Part shown: piece after piece, positions 30,683 through 40,753 of the stretch
Layout of the letters: each line of letters starts with the position of its first letter
Numbering within the stretch: the first letter of the stretch is position 1
DNA from: Bacteroidia bacterium
GTDB taxonomy: Bacteria; Bacteroidota; Bacteroidia; UKL13-3
Assembly: GCA_014376805.1 (NCBI GenBank)
Contig: JACMQU010000117.1
Location: 11,940 to 75,939 of the forward strand
Direction: 5' to 3'
DNA length: 64,000 bases
Notes under the pieces: model-generated
Database searches by the model: none
What the model was told of the DNA's origin: nothing
The model's input: the letters and a program-made list of their open reading frames with translations, nothing else
Made by a program: the position numbers and the translations under genes

Positions 30683-30949
30683 TTAACCATTTAAATAGTC
30701 ATTTAGTTTTCCTTCAATTGCTTTGCAACTTACTAAGAATGGTTTTTTTGAAATTGTTATATGGATAGGTGATGAATCATTCAGCATATAATTTCCTATA
30801 ATCTCCCCAAGGGGAGTTGGGGTGCTAAAATTACCCGATGAAGTATCACCGTTAAATACACCGCCTGCTCCATTTATAGCTTCAGAAACTTTTGTGATCA
30901 GGCTATTAGCATCCCCGTTAAATTCTATAGAAAATGAACAATGTGACAT
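30683..30949 (-). CDS. Hypothetical protein (88 aa)
   Basis: Clean ORF with TAAATTTG promoter box at 30972-30979 on the minus strand. Confidence 0.7.
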   Translation of the reverse strand: MSHCSFSIEFNGDANSLITKVSEAINGAGGVFNGDTSSGNFSTPTPLGEIIGNYMLNDSSPIHITISKKPFLVSCKAIEGKLNDYLNG

Positions 30950-30995
30950 CTTAGTTTTTTTAATTGTAATACAAATTTATACTTACCCAAATATC

Positions 30996-33551
30996 TTATT
31001 TACCATACTCCACCAGGTTCACAAATAATCTATATGCACCAGGCACGCCTGCCGGTAATTCCCTAAAGAAAGCAAGACCTGTATAAATATAAGTTCCTTT
31101 GCCATATTTGGCAATTATGAGGCTTCCCTTGTTAGGCTTTTCATTAGGGTCGTTCATGAGCAGCGGGCATTGAAAATTTGAGTCCAGGTCGCTCGCAAAA
31201 TATATTCCTCTTTCCTGTATCCATCCATCAAAATCTTTACCGGTAATTTTATTTGGTTTGTTCAGGAGAGCATGATCAGGAATCGCAAAAGTTACAGGGG
31301 CCTCTTCAATGGTTACACGTTCTCTGCTAAGCTTAAATGGAACCGGCGAAATCTGCTCTTTTAACGGGCCTGCAAAACTGTTGGTATTGTATTGCACCAC
31401 CAGGTTCCCTCCATTCTTTACATAATCAAACACGCGCTGCTTAAATTGTTGTAGTTTTTCATTGGTATTAAATGCACGCACCCCAACAACTATTGATGGA
31501 TAAATTGAAAGGTCGCCGTTTTGTAATTGCTGATCCGAAATTTTCACCACCTGATAGCCTACCTGTTCAAGTGAGTTAACAATTTCGTCACCTGCGCCTT
31601 CTATGTATCCAACGGTTTGCAGTTTCCTGTTCAGATTCATTTTAACAAGTTTTGCTTCTGCCACCGGGAACCATGTTTGAACGGGAATATGATCGTATTT
31701 TATTTCTTTGATCCCACGACCATACTCAACATTATTTACGGTAGCCGAAACTTTCATAGTTGATTCCATATCAAATGCGGGAGGAGTAAGCATAAAAGAC
31801 ATTACCAGTTCATCTCCTTTAACGGCTATTTCAAATGCCAGTCCTTTATCAGTGTTAGAATTAAATTCTTCATGTGGTTTATTGTCTTTCGAAGTCATCT
31901 TCCATCCATCAGGAATCTGAATATTCAACTGCCCCTTTACATTGTTGCGACCTGCCTTTAAGGTAATAAAAATTTCTTTGGATTTTTCAGCTGCAAACAC
32001 CACACTTTTTTGCTGAAGATTGATCATTACAGGAGGTGTAATTATTAAAGGCCGGTAAAGTTCCCCTTTTTCAGGATCAGACCATTTATACTGAAATTTT
32101 CTATATAAACTATAATTATAATAACCATCAATCTGAAATGCGAAATCTGATAAATAACCTTTAGAATTGTATGGGTTTTCAGTTAACATATTTTCGGTGA
32201 TTTGAAATGAATTATCCTTGATTGGATAAAATAACCAATAGGGCATGGTTAACGATGAATCTTTGTGCGGATCGCTATCTAAAGTTGCATGCAGGAATTT
32301 ATAAACTGAATCTTTTCTTAATATAATATCGTAATCAGGCAAACCACCTTCGCCATTGTAGCCACTATAAATAAAGCCGTTTAAAGAGATCCGGTTATTG
32401 CCTCTGTTAATGGCATTAAACGTCATCTTCAATGTATCATCAAGTGAATAGTTATAGGTATTAGACAGGGTTTCCACAAATAATCCGGCACATGCAGTAA
32501 TCAATTCATTCGCTTCATAAAACTTCATGGTTTCGGAAGTTATTTTTGTATGATCAATATTATTTATCTGATTAAGCTGATCGATAAAAGTTTTCAGATA
32601 GAAGATGGTGAGTTCAGGCTTTTGCGCATTAAATTTTTTAATGGCTTTGTTTAAATTTTTTTCAATTGCTTTTCCTCCTTTTACATGCTGCCAGGTAAAG
32701 TCTATTCCCTTAAATAGATCCTTTACCGTTGTGTCGCCTCTAACCGGTTTAAAGTATTCAAAGGATTCACCTCTTTGCTTGGCACTGCCAAAACCCTGAG
32801 ATTTATGCATGCTGCGACTTTCTGCTGCAAGTTCTCCACAGCTTTTGCCTAGTAAGGGATTATATGCACCTACATCTAATTTTATTAATTGGCTCAGATC
32901 TGCATTAGGGTTGAAAAAGCGTGCAGTACTGTTATGAAATAACCGCTTTGGTTGCCATGTATCTACAAACGCTAACTGCTCCGGAAAGCGGTTCTTATCA
33001 CCTGCTGCATCATATGCTTCTTCTGCCAGCAAAGCAGATGCTGTATGATGTCCATGGCCGCCGCTGCCATCAGTTGAAAAGCGGGTGATAATAATATCTG
33101 GTCTGAAACTTCTAATGATCCATACCACATCTGCCAGTATGGAATCATGAGTCCATTTGGTAAAAGTTTCCTGTACATTTTTACTGTAACCAAAATCATA
33201 AGCGCGTGTAAAAAATTGTTCCGCACCATCAACCCGGCGTGCTGCCAAAAGCTCCTGGGTTCTGATCAGGCCTAATTCTATGCCTTGCTCTGAACCAATT
33301 AAATTCTGACCGCCATCGCCGCGTGTTAAACTCAGATAGCCTGTGCGCAAACATTTCTCATTTTCGAGATATGCCAGTAACCGGGTGTTTTCATCATCAG
33401 GATGTGCAGCTATATAAAGTACGGAGCCAACAGTATTTAGTTTCTTCAATTGCAGTAGTATTTCTGATGAAGTATAACTATGTGGTGCCTGGGCAATTGC
33501 AGCGGCTGCTATATAAAATAATAGCACAAGACTGAGTAAATTCTTATTCAT
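30996..33551 (-). CDS. PIG-L/LmbE family deacetylase with Ig-like and class I GAT-like C-terminal domains
   Basis: AAHPDDE, LTRGDGGQN, DFGYSK, GHGHH, SMHKSQGFG, FFRELPAGVPGAYRLF; signal peptide present. Confidence 0.9.
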   Translation of the reverse strand: MNKNLLSLVLLFYIAAAAIAQAPHSYTSSEILLQLKKLNTVGSVLYIAAHPDDENTRLLAYLENEKCLRTGYLSLTRGDGGQNLIGSEQGIELGLIRTQELLAARRVDGAEQFFTRAYDFGYSKNVQETFTKWTHDSILADVVWIIRSFRPDIIITRFSTDGSGGHGHHTASALLAEEAYDAAGDKNRFPEQLAFVDTWQPKRLFHNSTARFFNPNADLSQLIKLDVGAYNPLLGKSCGELAAESRSMHKSQGFGSAKQRGESFEYFKPVRGDTTVKDLFKGIDFTWQHVKGGKAIEKNLNKAIKKFNAQKPELTIFYLKTFIDQLNQINNIDHTKITSETMKFYEANELITACAGLFVETLSNTYNYSLDDTLKMTFNAINRGNNRISLNGFIYSGYNGEGGLPDYDIILRKDSVYKFLHATLDSDPHKDSSLTMPYWLFYPIKDNSFQITENMLTENPYNSKGYLSDFAFQIDGYYNYSLYRKFQYKWSDPEKGELYRPLIITPPVMINLQQKSVVFAAEKSKEIFITLKAGRNNVKGQLNIQIPDGWKMTSKDNKPHEEFNSNTDKGLAFEIAVKGDELVMSFMLTPPAFDMESTMKVSATVNNVEYGRGIKEIKYDHIPVQTWFPVAEAKLVKMNLNRKLQTVGYIEGAGDEIVNSLEQVGYQVVKISDQQLQNGDLSIYPSIVVGVRAFNTNEKLQQFKQRVFDYVKNGGNLVVQYNTNSFAGPLKEQISPVPFKLSRERVTIEEAPVTFAIPDHALLNKPNKITGKDFDGWIQERGIYFASDLDSNFQCPLLMNDPNEKPNKGSLIIAKYGKGTYIYTGLAFFRELPAGVPGAYRLFVNLVEYGK

Positions 33552-33839
33552 AATAATCTCTCAAAGTAAAATAAAACACCCCATAATTTTACACTAAAAA
33601 AAATAAACTTTGTTTTTACTAAGTTGCTTACAGTTAAATTATAGCTAAATGGTGCGAACTTATAACCCCTGCCCGCAAAATCCGAGTTAGCTGTGAGCTT
33701 TTATAGCATAGGTTTTCTGTAAGTAATTTAAGGAGGTTTTTTATAACTACATAACTTTTGCCAATGACATGCGGAAGGACCAAAATGCTTTAACGCCAAA
33801 TTTTAAACAGCCATAAAAATGCTTTACTTTGCAAGGATT

Positions 33840-35099
33840 ATGTCTACAATACTACTTAAAAATATCAGCTCATTAGTTGGTATGGAGGAAAGCGGAAAAC
33901 TTAAAAAATCCGGTAATGAAATGGCTGAACTGGCGATTATGGAAAATGCCTGGCTATTTATAAAAGATGGTTTGATTGCGGAATATGGATCTATGAAAGA
34001 TGAACAAACAGTTGGATCATATAGCGATGTGAATACAATTGATTGTACAGGTAAATTTGTGCTTCCGTGTTTTGTGGATTCTCATACACATCTGGTATTC
34101 GCAAATACCCGCGAAGAGGAATTTGTGATGCGCATAAAAGGAATGACTTATGAAGAAATTGCAGAAGCAGGCGGAGGTATTTTAAATTCAGCACGAAGGT
34201 TACAGGACATGAGTGAAGATGCCTTGTATGAAAATGCATTGAAACGTTTGCATGAAGTGATTGGATTTGGTACAGGTGCTCTTGAAATAAAAAGCGGTTA
34301 CGGTTTAACGGTTGCGGATGAGTTAAAAATGTTACGGGTTATTAAACGGTTAAAGGTGGTTTCTCCAGTCATTATAAAAGCAACATTTCTTGGTGCTCAC
34401 GCATTTCCCTTGGCATATAAAAATGATCACAAGGCTTATATAGATTTAATTATTAATGAAATGTTGCCTAAGGTTGTAGAAGAAAACCTGGCCGATTATA
34501 TTGATGTATTTTGTGACACCGGGTTTTTTAATCCTGCTGAAACTACTCAAATATTACAAGCCGCCGCAAAGTATGGTTTGAAGCCAAAAATACACGGAAA
34601 TGAATTGGGTTATACTGGTGGTGTACAGACCGCAGTTGAAAATAATGCCCTAAGTGTTGATCATCTTGAATATACCGGCGATGAGGAAATTTCCTGCTTA
34701 TTAAAAAGTTCAACAATGCCAGTAGCTTTGCCGGGTTGTTCGTTTTTTTTAGGAATTCCATATGCACCCTTCAGAAAAATGATTGATGCCGGTTTGCCTG
34801 TATGTCTGGCCAGTGATTATAACCCGGGAAGCACCCCCAATGGGCGCATGGGCTTTGTAGTTTCGCTAGCTTGTACCCAAATGAAATTAACACCTGAAGA
34901 AGCAATTAACGCAACAACAATTAATGGTGCCTATGCAATAGAACTTAGTGATAAAATGGGTTCCATTACAAAAGGCAAATATGGCAATGTTATCATCACA
35001 AAGGAGATGCCATCTCTGGCCTATATGCCTTATAGCTTTGGTGTTGATATGGTGTGGAAGACTATTATTATGGGTAAGGTTTTCGAGAAGCCGCAGTGA
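33840..35099 (+). CDS. hutI: Imidazolonepropionase
   Basis: DSHTHLVFA, GGGILNS, EIKSGYGL, LGAHA, KIHGNE, DHLE, ASDYNPGS. Confidence 0.95.
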   Translation: MSTILLKNISSLVGMEESGKLKKSGNEMAELAIMENAWLFIKDGLIAEYGSMKDEQTVGSYSDVNTIDCTGKFVLPCFVDSHTHLVFANTREEEFVMRIKGMTYEEIAEAGGGILNSARRLQDMSEDALYENALKRLHEVIGFGTGALEIKSGYGLTVADELKMLRVIKRLKVVSPVIIKATFLGAHAFPLAYKNDHKAYIDLIINEMLPKVVEENLADYIDVFCDTGFFNPAETTQILQAAAKYGLKPKIHGNELGYTGGVQTAVENNALSVDHLEYTGDEEISCLLKSSTMPVALPGCSFFLGIPYAPFRKMIDAGLPVCLASDYNPGSTPNGRMGFVVSLACTQMKLTPEEAINATTINGAYAIELSDKMGSITKGKYGNVIITKEMPSLAYMPYSFGVDMVWKTIIMGKVFEKPQ

Positions 35100-35540
35100 T
35101 ATTTATTATTGGATAAAAGCGCCGGTAACTTTAATAAGAAATATATTGCTATTACTGGTTTTTAGAAATTTCAAACTTTTTTTCAATTTCCTGCTTTTTA
35201 AATGTTTTTTCTTCGTGGTGAAATACAACTTAATTTTTCTCAAAAGTTTCGGGCTTCAAAACCATTCTTACCCATATCCATTTAACTACTCACAATATGC
35301 AATTAGGTTCAACTCATTCAATTGTTTTTTTTTAATTAAAAATAAATTAGATTTTGTATTGCAAGCCTTAAAATACTTTTAATTAACATTTCCATTATTA
35401 AAATACACAATGAATTTAGCCGGTTAAAATCTGTACAGGAAAAATTGCGCTCCTCTATAAAACCATTAATTTGCAATTGCATTAAGCCAGTTGAAACACA
35501 ACATAAAATAACTTAGGATAATGAGATTCTTAAGAAAAAA

Positions 35541-36236
35541 TTACTTCTCCATTACAATCATTCTTTGCAATTCTTCTCTAGTATGGGTGTCTAAAAACCT
35601 GCCTGTATACTCTGCTGTGATGGTACTGCTGGTCAAATCCTGCACACCGCGCATGGCTACACACAAATGATCTGCTTCAATGATTACTGCAACATCATTC
35701 GTATGCAATACTTCTTTTAGCATATTCGAAATTTGTATGGTCATTCGCTCCTGAACTTGCGGGCGTTGGGCAAAGTATCTTACAATACGGTTTAGCTTAG
35801 ACAGGCCAACTACTTTACCGTTTGGGATATAGGCCACATGAGCTTTGCCAATGATAGGAACAAAATGATGCTCGCAAACACTGTGAAAAGAAATATTCTT
35901 TTCGATGAGCATATTTTTGTAGTTGTACTTGTTCTCAAATAATTTGGCAACAGGCATGTTTTTGGGATCAAGTCCTTTAAACATTTCCAGTACATACATT
36001 TTAGCTACCCGGTTAGGGGTTCCTTTTAAGCTGTCATCATTTAAATCTAAGCCAAGAATGAGCATGATCTCTTTAAAATGCTTTTCTATTAGTTCGATTT
36101 TTAATTCATCGTCTAATGCAAAAGCATCTTCGCGAAGTGGTGTTTCCATTGAAAAACCTGCATGATCATCGCCTTTTTCTTCGTGGCGAAGGTTTTTAAT
36201 TTCCGTTGTATTCAACGAAGTTTCTTTCTGTTTCAT
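35541..36236 (-). CDS. folE: GTP cyclohydrolase I
   Basis: TPNRVAKMY, CEHHFVP, GLSKLNR, PQVQER, HLCVAMRGV. Confidence 0.95.
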   Translation of the reverse strand: MKQKETSLNTTEIKNLRHEEKGDDHAGFSMETPLREDAFALDDELKIELIEKHFKEIMLILGLDLNDDSLKGTPNRVAKMYVLEMFKGLDPKNMPVAKLFENKYNYKNMLIEKNISFHSVCEHHFVPIIGKAHVAYIPNGKVVGLSKLNRIVRYFAQRPQVQERMTIQISNMLKEVLHTNDVAVIIEADHLCVAMRGVQDLTSSTITAEYTGRFLDTHTREELQRMIVMEK

Positions 36237-36606
36237 AAAGAGTCACTTTCAGTTTTAAGTGGTTATTTAATCTGCTTCTTAATAATTTCCAGATCACCAC
36301 TGCAATGTTTTCTGCTGTTGGATTAATTGTTTTAAATTCTTCACAATCCAAATTTAAGTTTTTGTGATCAAACCTGTTTTCAACCTGTTCCTGAATAAGC
36401 TGGCCGAGCCATTTCATGTCAACCAAAAATCCACTAACAGGATCTATTTCTCCGGTAACAGTAACTATCAGATCATAATTGTGACCGTGATAATTTATAT
36501 TATTACAATTTCCGAAAAACGATTTGTTCTTCTCATCAGTCCACTCTTTTATATGCAACCTGTGTGCAGCATTAAAATGGGCCTTTCTTGATACAGCTAT
36601 TTCCAT
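36196..36606 (-). CDS. 6-pyruvoyl tetrahydropterin synthase (PTPS/QueD family, PTPS-II motif)
   Basis: FNAAHRL, CNNINYHGHNY, FDHKNLN, PTAENIA, LYET. Confidence 0.9.
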   Translation of the reverse strand: MEIAVSRKAHFNAAHRLHIKEWTDEKNKSFFGNCNNINYHGHNYDLIVTVTGEIDPVSGFLVDMKWLGQLIQEQVENRFDHKNLNLDCEEFKTINPTAENIAVVIWKLLRSRLNNHLKLKVTLYETERNFVEYNGN

Positions 36607-36908
36607 TGAGGGGATAAAGATAATATACCGGATTTAACTTTTATAGTTTGTGTTTACTATATCATAAAATCCAGATACAAGTATAAAGCTATATTAAGTT
36701 AAATTGTTTAATTTTTTTTTAAAAAAGTTCTATTAATTGTGAATTAAAATTCTAATTTTTGATGGAAATCATAATTTTAATGTACTGATTTTCATAGAAA
36801 ATATTGGCTTTTATTGTTTTGTATAATGTGCCTTTATTAATTTAATTGTTTTATAATCAAGCTACTAATGCTAAATATAGATTAAATGACAATAATCAGA
36901 GAATAATA

Positions 36909-36941
36909 TTTGGAAGTATAAATAGAAGATCATTAACTTTG
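36909..36941 (+). promoter_or_regulatory. Bacteroidota promoter for the ECF sigma gene
   Basis: TTTG at 36909-36912, 21-nt spacer, TAACTTTG at 36934-36941. Supports ATG 36972 as the start. Confidence 0.6.
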
Positions 36942-36971
36942 TTTAACAAAATCATTAATAAGTTAAACAAA

Positions 36972-37532
36972 ATGACCTCCATAGCATTTAAACAAATGGT
37001 TCAGAAAGAAGCCAGGCCGCTGAAACATTATGCCTATCAACTTACCCGTAATGTTGAAGATTCGAATGATTTAGTTCAGGAGACGATGTTAAAAGCATTT
37101 ACGTACCAGAATAAATTTGAAGCAGGGACAAATTTGAAGGGTTGGTTATATACCATCATGAAAAACACCTTTATCAATAATTACAGGCGTATGGTTAAGC
37201 GCAATACTTTTATTGATCAGACCGACAATGATTATTACCTTGATTCTGTTTCCCCACTAGTTAAAAATGAAGGTGAACAGAAGTTTATCAGACAGGATAT
37301 TGAAAGTGCCATTAATAAACTTCCTATGAACCTAAGTAAGCCATTTACTATGAATTTTAAAGGGTTTAAATACCATGAGATAGCAGATATACTTCACATT
37401 CCAATTGGAACGGTTAAAACAAGGATTTTTGTAGCCAGAAGGCAATTAAGAGAGAACTTACATACCTATGGCAAAATGTATGGTATGGATTCCGCTTCGC
37501 TGAGTGAACGTAAAGATTTGTGCAATAGTTAA
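36972..37532 (+). CDS. ECF-type RNA polymerase sigma-70 factor
   Basis: DSNDLVQETMLKA, WLYTIMKNTFIN (region 2), YHEIADILHIPIGTVKTRIFVAR (region 4). Confidence 0.92.
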   Translation: MTSIAFKQMVQKEARPLKHYAYQLTRNVEDSNDLVQETMLKAFTYQNKFEAGTNLKGWLYTIMKNTFINNYRRMVKRNTFIDQTDNDYYLDSVSPLVKNEGEQKFIRQDIESAINKLPMNLSKPFTMNFKGFKYHEIADILHIPIGTVKTRIFVARRQLRENLHTYGKMYGMDSASLSERKDLCNS

Positions 37533-37622
37533 CCACATTTAAACTACCGGGTTTTTCTGATCTGGTTATTTTAAAAGGTGAATTTTATCTAAAGTAAATT
37601 ATTTTAACAATAAAAGTTTAAT

Positions 37623-37659
37623 AAACGGCAGTTTGATTTTCATACTGCCGTTTTATTTT
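37623..37659 (+). terminator. Rho-independent terminator after the sigma gene
   Basis: AAACGGCAGT...ACTGCCGTTT stem followed by a T-rich tail. Confidence 0.7.
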
Positions 37660-37731
37660 GTATGATTGCGTTGAAAAAAATTCTGGAAGAAGATTTGTTT
37701 TATTCTATTATTTTTTATAATTATTTTCCTG

Positions 37732-38595
37732 ATGAAAAAATTTACGCTATTAAGTTGTTTATGTTTCCTGGGTTTTAACCTGTTTGCTCAGTTTGGGAAT
37801 TTTAAAAAAAGAGCAGATTTGGAAACTTTTAAGGATACAAAACTCATTGTTGTATTGTTTCCGGATAGTGCATACAGTTATTCACTGATGGCTGCCATAG
37901 AAAAATACTGGACGTTTACCGGTTTTGAATTTGCAGAGGATACTGCCATGCAACGGTACCGCAAAGGCGATTATGCGTTTATGTATTTCAGCAAATCAAA
38001 AGGATCAAAGAATAAATCGAAAGTAGCCAGTTCAGAACAAGATTTTAATGGTCTTGTAATCACTCGTAAATTTAGCAGGAGAGTATTGCCTGATAATTTA
38101 CTGGCTTATGCGTATTGTGGCAATAAAATTGATACAGGCGATTGGGAAATTGAAATGATTCGTGCGGTGCAGTTGATGAATAACTATTTTAATTATGCAA
38201 TTCAGGCTAAGAATGATGGCGAAATTGGTTCAACAAAAATGATGAATAACTATCCAACGGATAAAAATTTACTGGTTGATAAAAAATTATTAATTGAAAC
38301 CGGACAATTGGATATGAAAGGAAGTAAAGAAGATGCCATGACATCTTTTGATGGTGATGCAGAAGAAGTTGAAATGGAAGAAATTCACAAAGCAATTAAA
38401 AATCAGGATAATAGTTTCTTATACTATTATCATTCTAAGGATGAAAAATATTGTAATAAATTAGTTGTAAGTGCAGCTAATAGTGAGCTTATGTATTTTG
38501 AAAGTGCAGCCCCTGATAAATGTAAATGTACCTCAAAAGATTTAAAGGCTTTAAAGACTTTTAAAATTAAGGCAGCCAAATCTGTTGCAGACTAA
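37732..38595 (+). CDS. Hypothetical secreted protein
   Basis: Signal peptide ending LFAQ, 287-aa ORF, C-terminal Cys residues. Confidence 0.75.
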   Translation: MKKFTLLSCLCFLGFNLFAQFGNFKKRADLETFKDTKLIVVLFPDSAYSYSLMAAIEKYWTFTGFEFAEDTAMQRYRKGDYAFMYFSKSKGSKNKSKVASSEQDFNGLVITRKFSRRVLPDNLLAYAYCGNKIDTGDWEIEMIRAVQLMNNYFNYAIQAKNDGEIGSTKMMNNYPTDKNLLVDKKLLIETGQLDMKGSKEDAMTSFDGDAEEVEMEEIHKAIKNQDNSFLYYYHSKDEKYCNKLVVSAANSELMYFESAAPDKCKCTSKDLKALKTFKIKAAKSVAD

Positions 38596-38651
38596 GCATA
38601 ATTTGAAACGTATTCTATTGTTACTTACTTGATTATTTCTTATAAAGATAA

Positions 38652-38993
38652 CTAATCCAATCCCCACGTATCGTACAAGACGTTTATATAAGAGTCTTCT
38701 GCATTCTCCATTTTATTATCGGCCATTACAACTTTCATGGCAAATGCAATGAGTTTATTGCGTTCTTCAGACTTGCTGATTTTAAAAAATTGCTCAGCAG
38801 TTTCAATAAAATGTTCCATTAAATTTTCTTCCGGACAAGCACGTAAGAAAGCCTGTTCTTTTATTATCTCAATAGGTTCCTTATAGTTTTTTTCCAGGAA
38901 TTCCAGAATAACTGAACTTTCCGCCTTATGGATGGAACCATCAGCAAGACTTAAGGTCATCAAAAGATGAAAACCGGCTTCTGTTTTATTCAT
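38652..38993 (-). CDS. TerB-like family protein
   Basis: LSLADGSIHKAE...VVMADNKMENAE duplicated ADG/ADN-x-E motifs. Start MNKTEAG at 38993 (alternative 39020). Confidence 0.75.
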   Translation of the reverse strand: MNKTEAGFHLLMTLSLADGSIHKAESSVILEFLEKNYKEPIEIIKEQAFLRACPEENLMEHFIETAEQFFKISKSEERNKLIAFAMKVVMADNKMENAEDSYINVLYDTWGLD

Positions 38994-39248
38994 TTTGGTG
39001 ATGAATTGCGTTGTTGGCATAACTGTTTTTTTTGTTGGTTCAAGATAATTTTTAAAATGTATAATGCAAATTTTATTTTTAATTATAAATCAAACCTCAA
39101 TATATACAGTGAACTATATTGTAAGGATAACAACTTTTAGGAAAAACTAATGTTGAAATTCCTTCACAGAAAGTGTTAAATTGTATTAATATAATGTTGT
39201 ATAGTTTTTATGGATCAATGCCTTTAAGTTTGTTAAAATATTCTGATT

Positions 39249-40388
39249 ATGAAATTTGGTACGAAAGCCATCCATGCAGGCCAGGAGCCTGATCCAACCA
39301 CCGGTGCAGTTATGACTCCGATCTATCAAACAAGCACTTACTGGCAGGAAAGCCCGGGTAAGCACAAGGGTTATGCCTATGCCAGAGGAAAGAATCCAAC
39401 GCGCTCAGCACTTGAGAAATGTCTGGCTGCACTTGAGAATGGTAAACATGGCCTTTGCTTTTCTAGTGGTATGGGTGCCACTGATGCAGTAGCAAAACTT
39501 TTAAGGCCCGGCGATGAAGTTATAACCGGGAATGATTTGTATGGTGGTACCTATCGGATGTTTACGAAGGTTTTTGCACATTATGGAATTAAATTCCATT
39601 TTATTGATTTAAGTGACCCCGCCAATATTGTTCCTTATATTAATGAACATACAAAATTATTATGGGTTGAAACACCAACAAATCCAACGATGCAAATTGT
39701 GGATATTGAAGCCTGTGCAAAGATTACAAAACAATACAAAATCATCTATGCTGTAGATAATACTTTTGCATCTCCTTACCTGCAAAATCCATTAGATTTG
39801 GGCGCAGATATAGTGATGCACAGTGTAACCAAATACCTGGGCGGACATAGTGATGTGATAATGGGAGCACTGATCACAAATAATGATGACCTGCATGAAC
39901 AACTCGCATTTATTCATAACTCATGCGGCGCTACACCGGGTCCGATGGATAGTTTTTTAGTATTACGGGGTTTAAAAACACTGCACCTGCGAATGAAAGC
40001 ACATTGTGAAAATGGTGCTGCGATTGCTCATTATTTAAAAAAGCATCCTAAAATTGAAAAGGTTTATTGGCCTGGATTTACAGATCACCCTAACCATGAA
40101 GTTGCAAAAAAACAAATGCGCGATTTTGGTGGGATGATCTCTATTGTTTTAAAAGATGCTGACCTTGATGAAACATTCAGGATTGCCTCTTCTTTTAAAG
40201 TATTTACCCTGGCAGAAAGTTTGGGTGGTGTAGAAAGTTTAGTTAACCATCCGGTTACCATGACACATGCTTCTATACCAAAGGAACAAAGAGAGAAAGC
40301 CGGTGTTACCGATAATTTATTGAGATTAAGTGTAGGTGTGGAAGATATAGATGATCTAATGGAAGATTTAAAAATGGTACTTTCATAA
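39249..40388 (+). CDS. metB: Cystathionine gamma-synthase/gamma-lyase (Cys/Met PLP enzyme)
   Basis: PIYQTST, YARGKNPT, FSSGMGA, ETPTNP, DNTFASP, HSVTKYLGGHSD, AESLGGVESL. TAAGTTTG promoter box at 39225-39232. metB versus cystathionine gamma-lyase cannot be resolved from sequence. Confidence 0.85.
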   Translation: MKFGTKAIHAGQEPDPTTGAVMTPIYQTSTYWQESPGKHKGYAYARGKNPTRSALEKCLAALENGKHGLCFSSGMGATDAVAKLLRPGDEVITGNDLYGGTYRMFTKVFAHYGIKFHFIDLSDPANIVPYINEHTKLLWVETPTNPTMQIVDIEACAKITKQYKIIYAVDNTFASPYLQNPLDLGADIVMHSVTKYLGGHSDVIMGALITNNDDLHEQLAFIHNSCGATPGPMDSFLVLRGLKTLHLRMKAHCENGAAIAHYLKKHPKIEKVYWPGFTDHPNHEVAKKQMRDFGGMISIVLKDADLDETFRIASSFKVFTLAESLGGVESLVNHPVTMTHASIPKEQREKAGVTDNLLRLSVGVEDIDDLMEDLKMVLS

Positions 40389-40753
40389 ACAATAACTCTT
40401 AATTTTCACTTAATAATTTATCCATTAAAATATTTTATTGCTGAACACTAATTTTTATTGATCCTTTACAGGTGCCAATTTTATTGAGAAAAGTTAATAT
40501 TATATTAAAAACAGCTTATTGATCTATTCAGTTTGCTGTTTTTTTTATGCAAAATGCCTTGCAATTTCCGTTTTAATATTCTTATTTGAATTAAGTTTTA
40601 ATAAATAAAATACCTCGAAAGTTGGTATTGAAATGTTTTTTATTGCCATATTTTTTCTCATAACAGCCTATTTATTTTTTAAAAAATACTTAAGACTTCA
40701 TAGTCTTTTCATGTGTACTATTTTTTTATTTCCTAACTTATAAATTATCTCCT

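Noticed and set aside
34948-35382. 144-aa ORF overlapping the hutI end
   Set aside because: Low-complexity Phe/Leu-rich read-through of AT-rich spacer; no motif.
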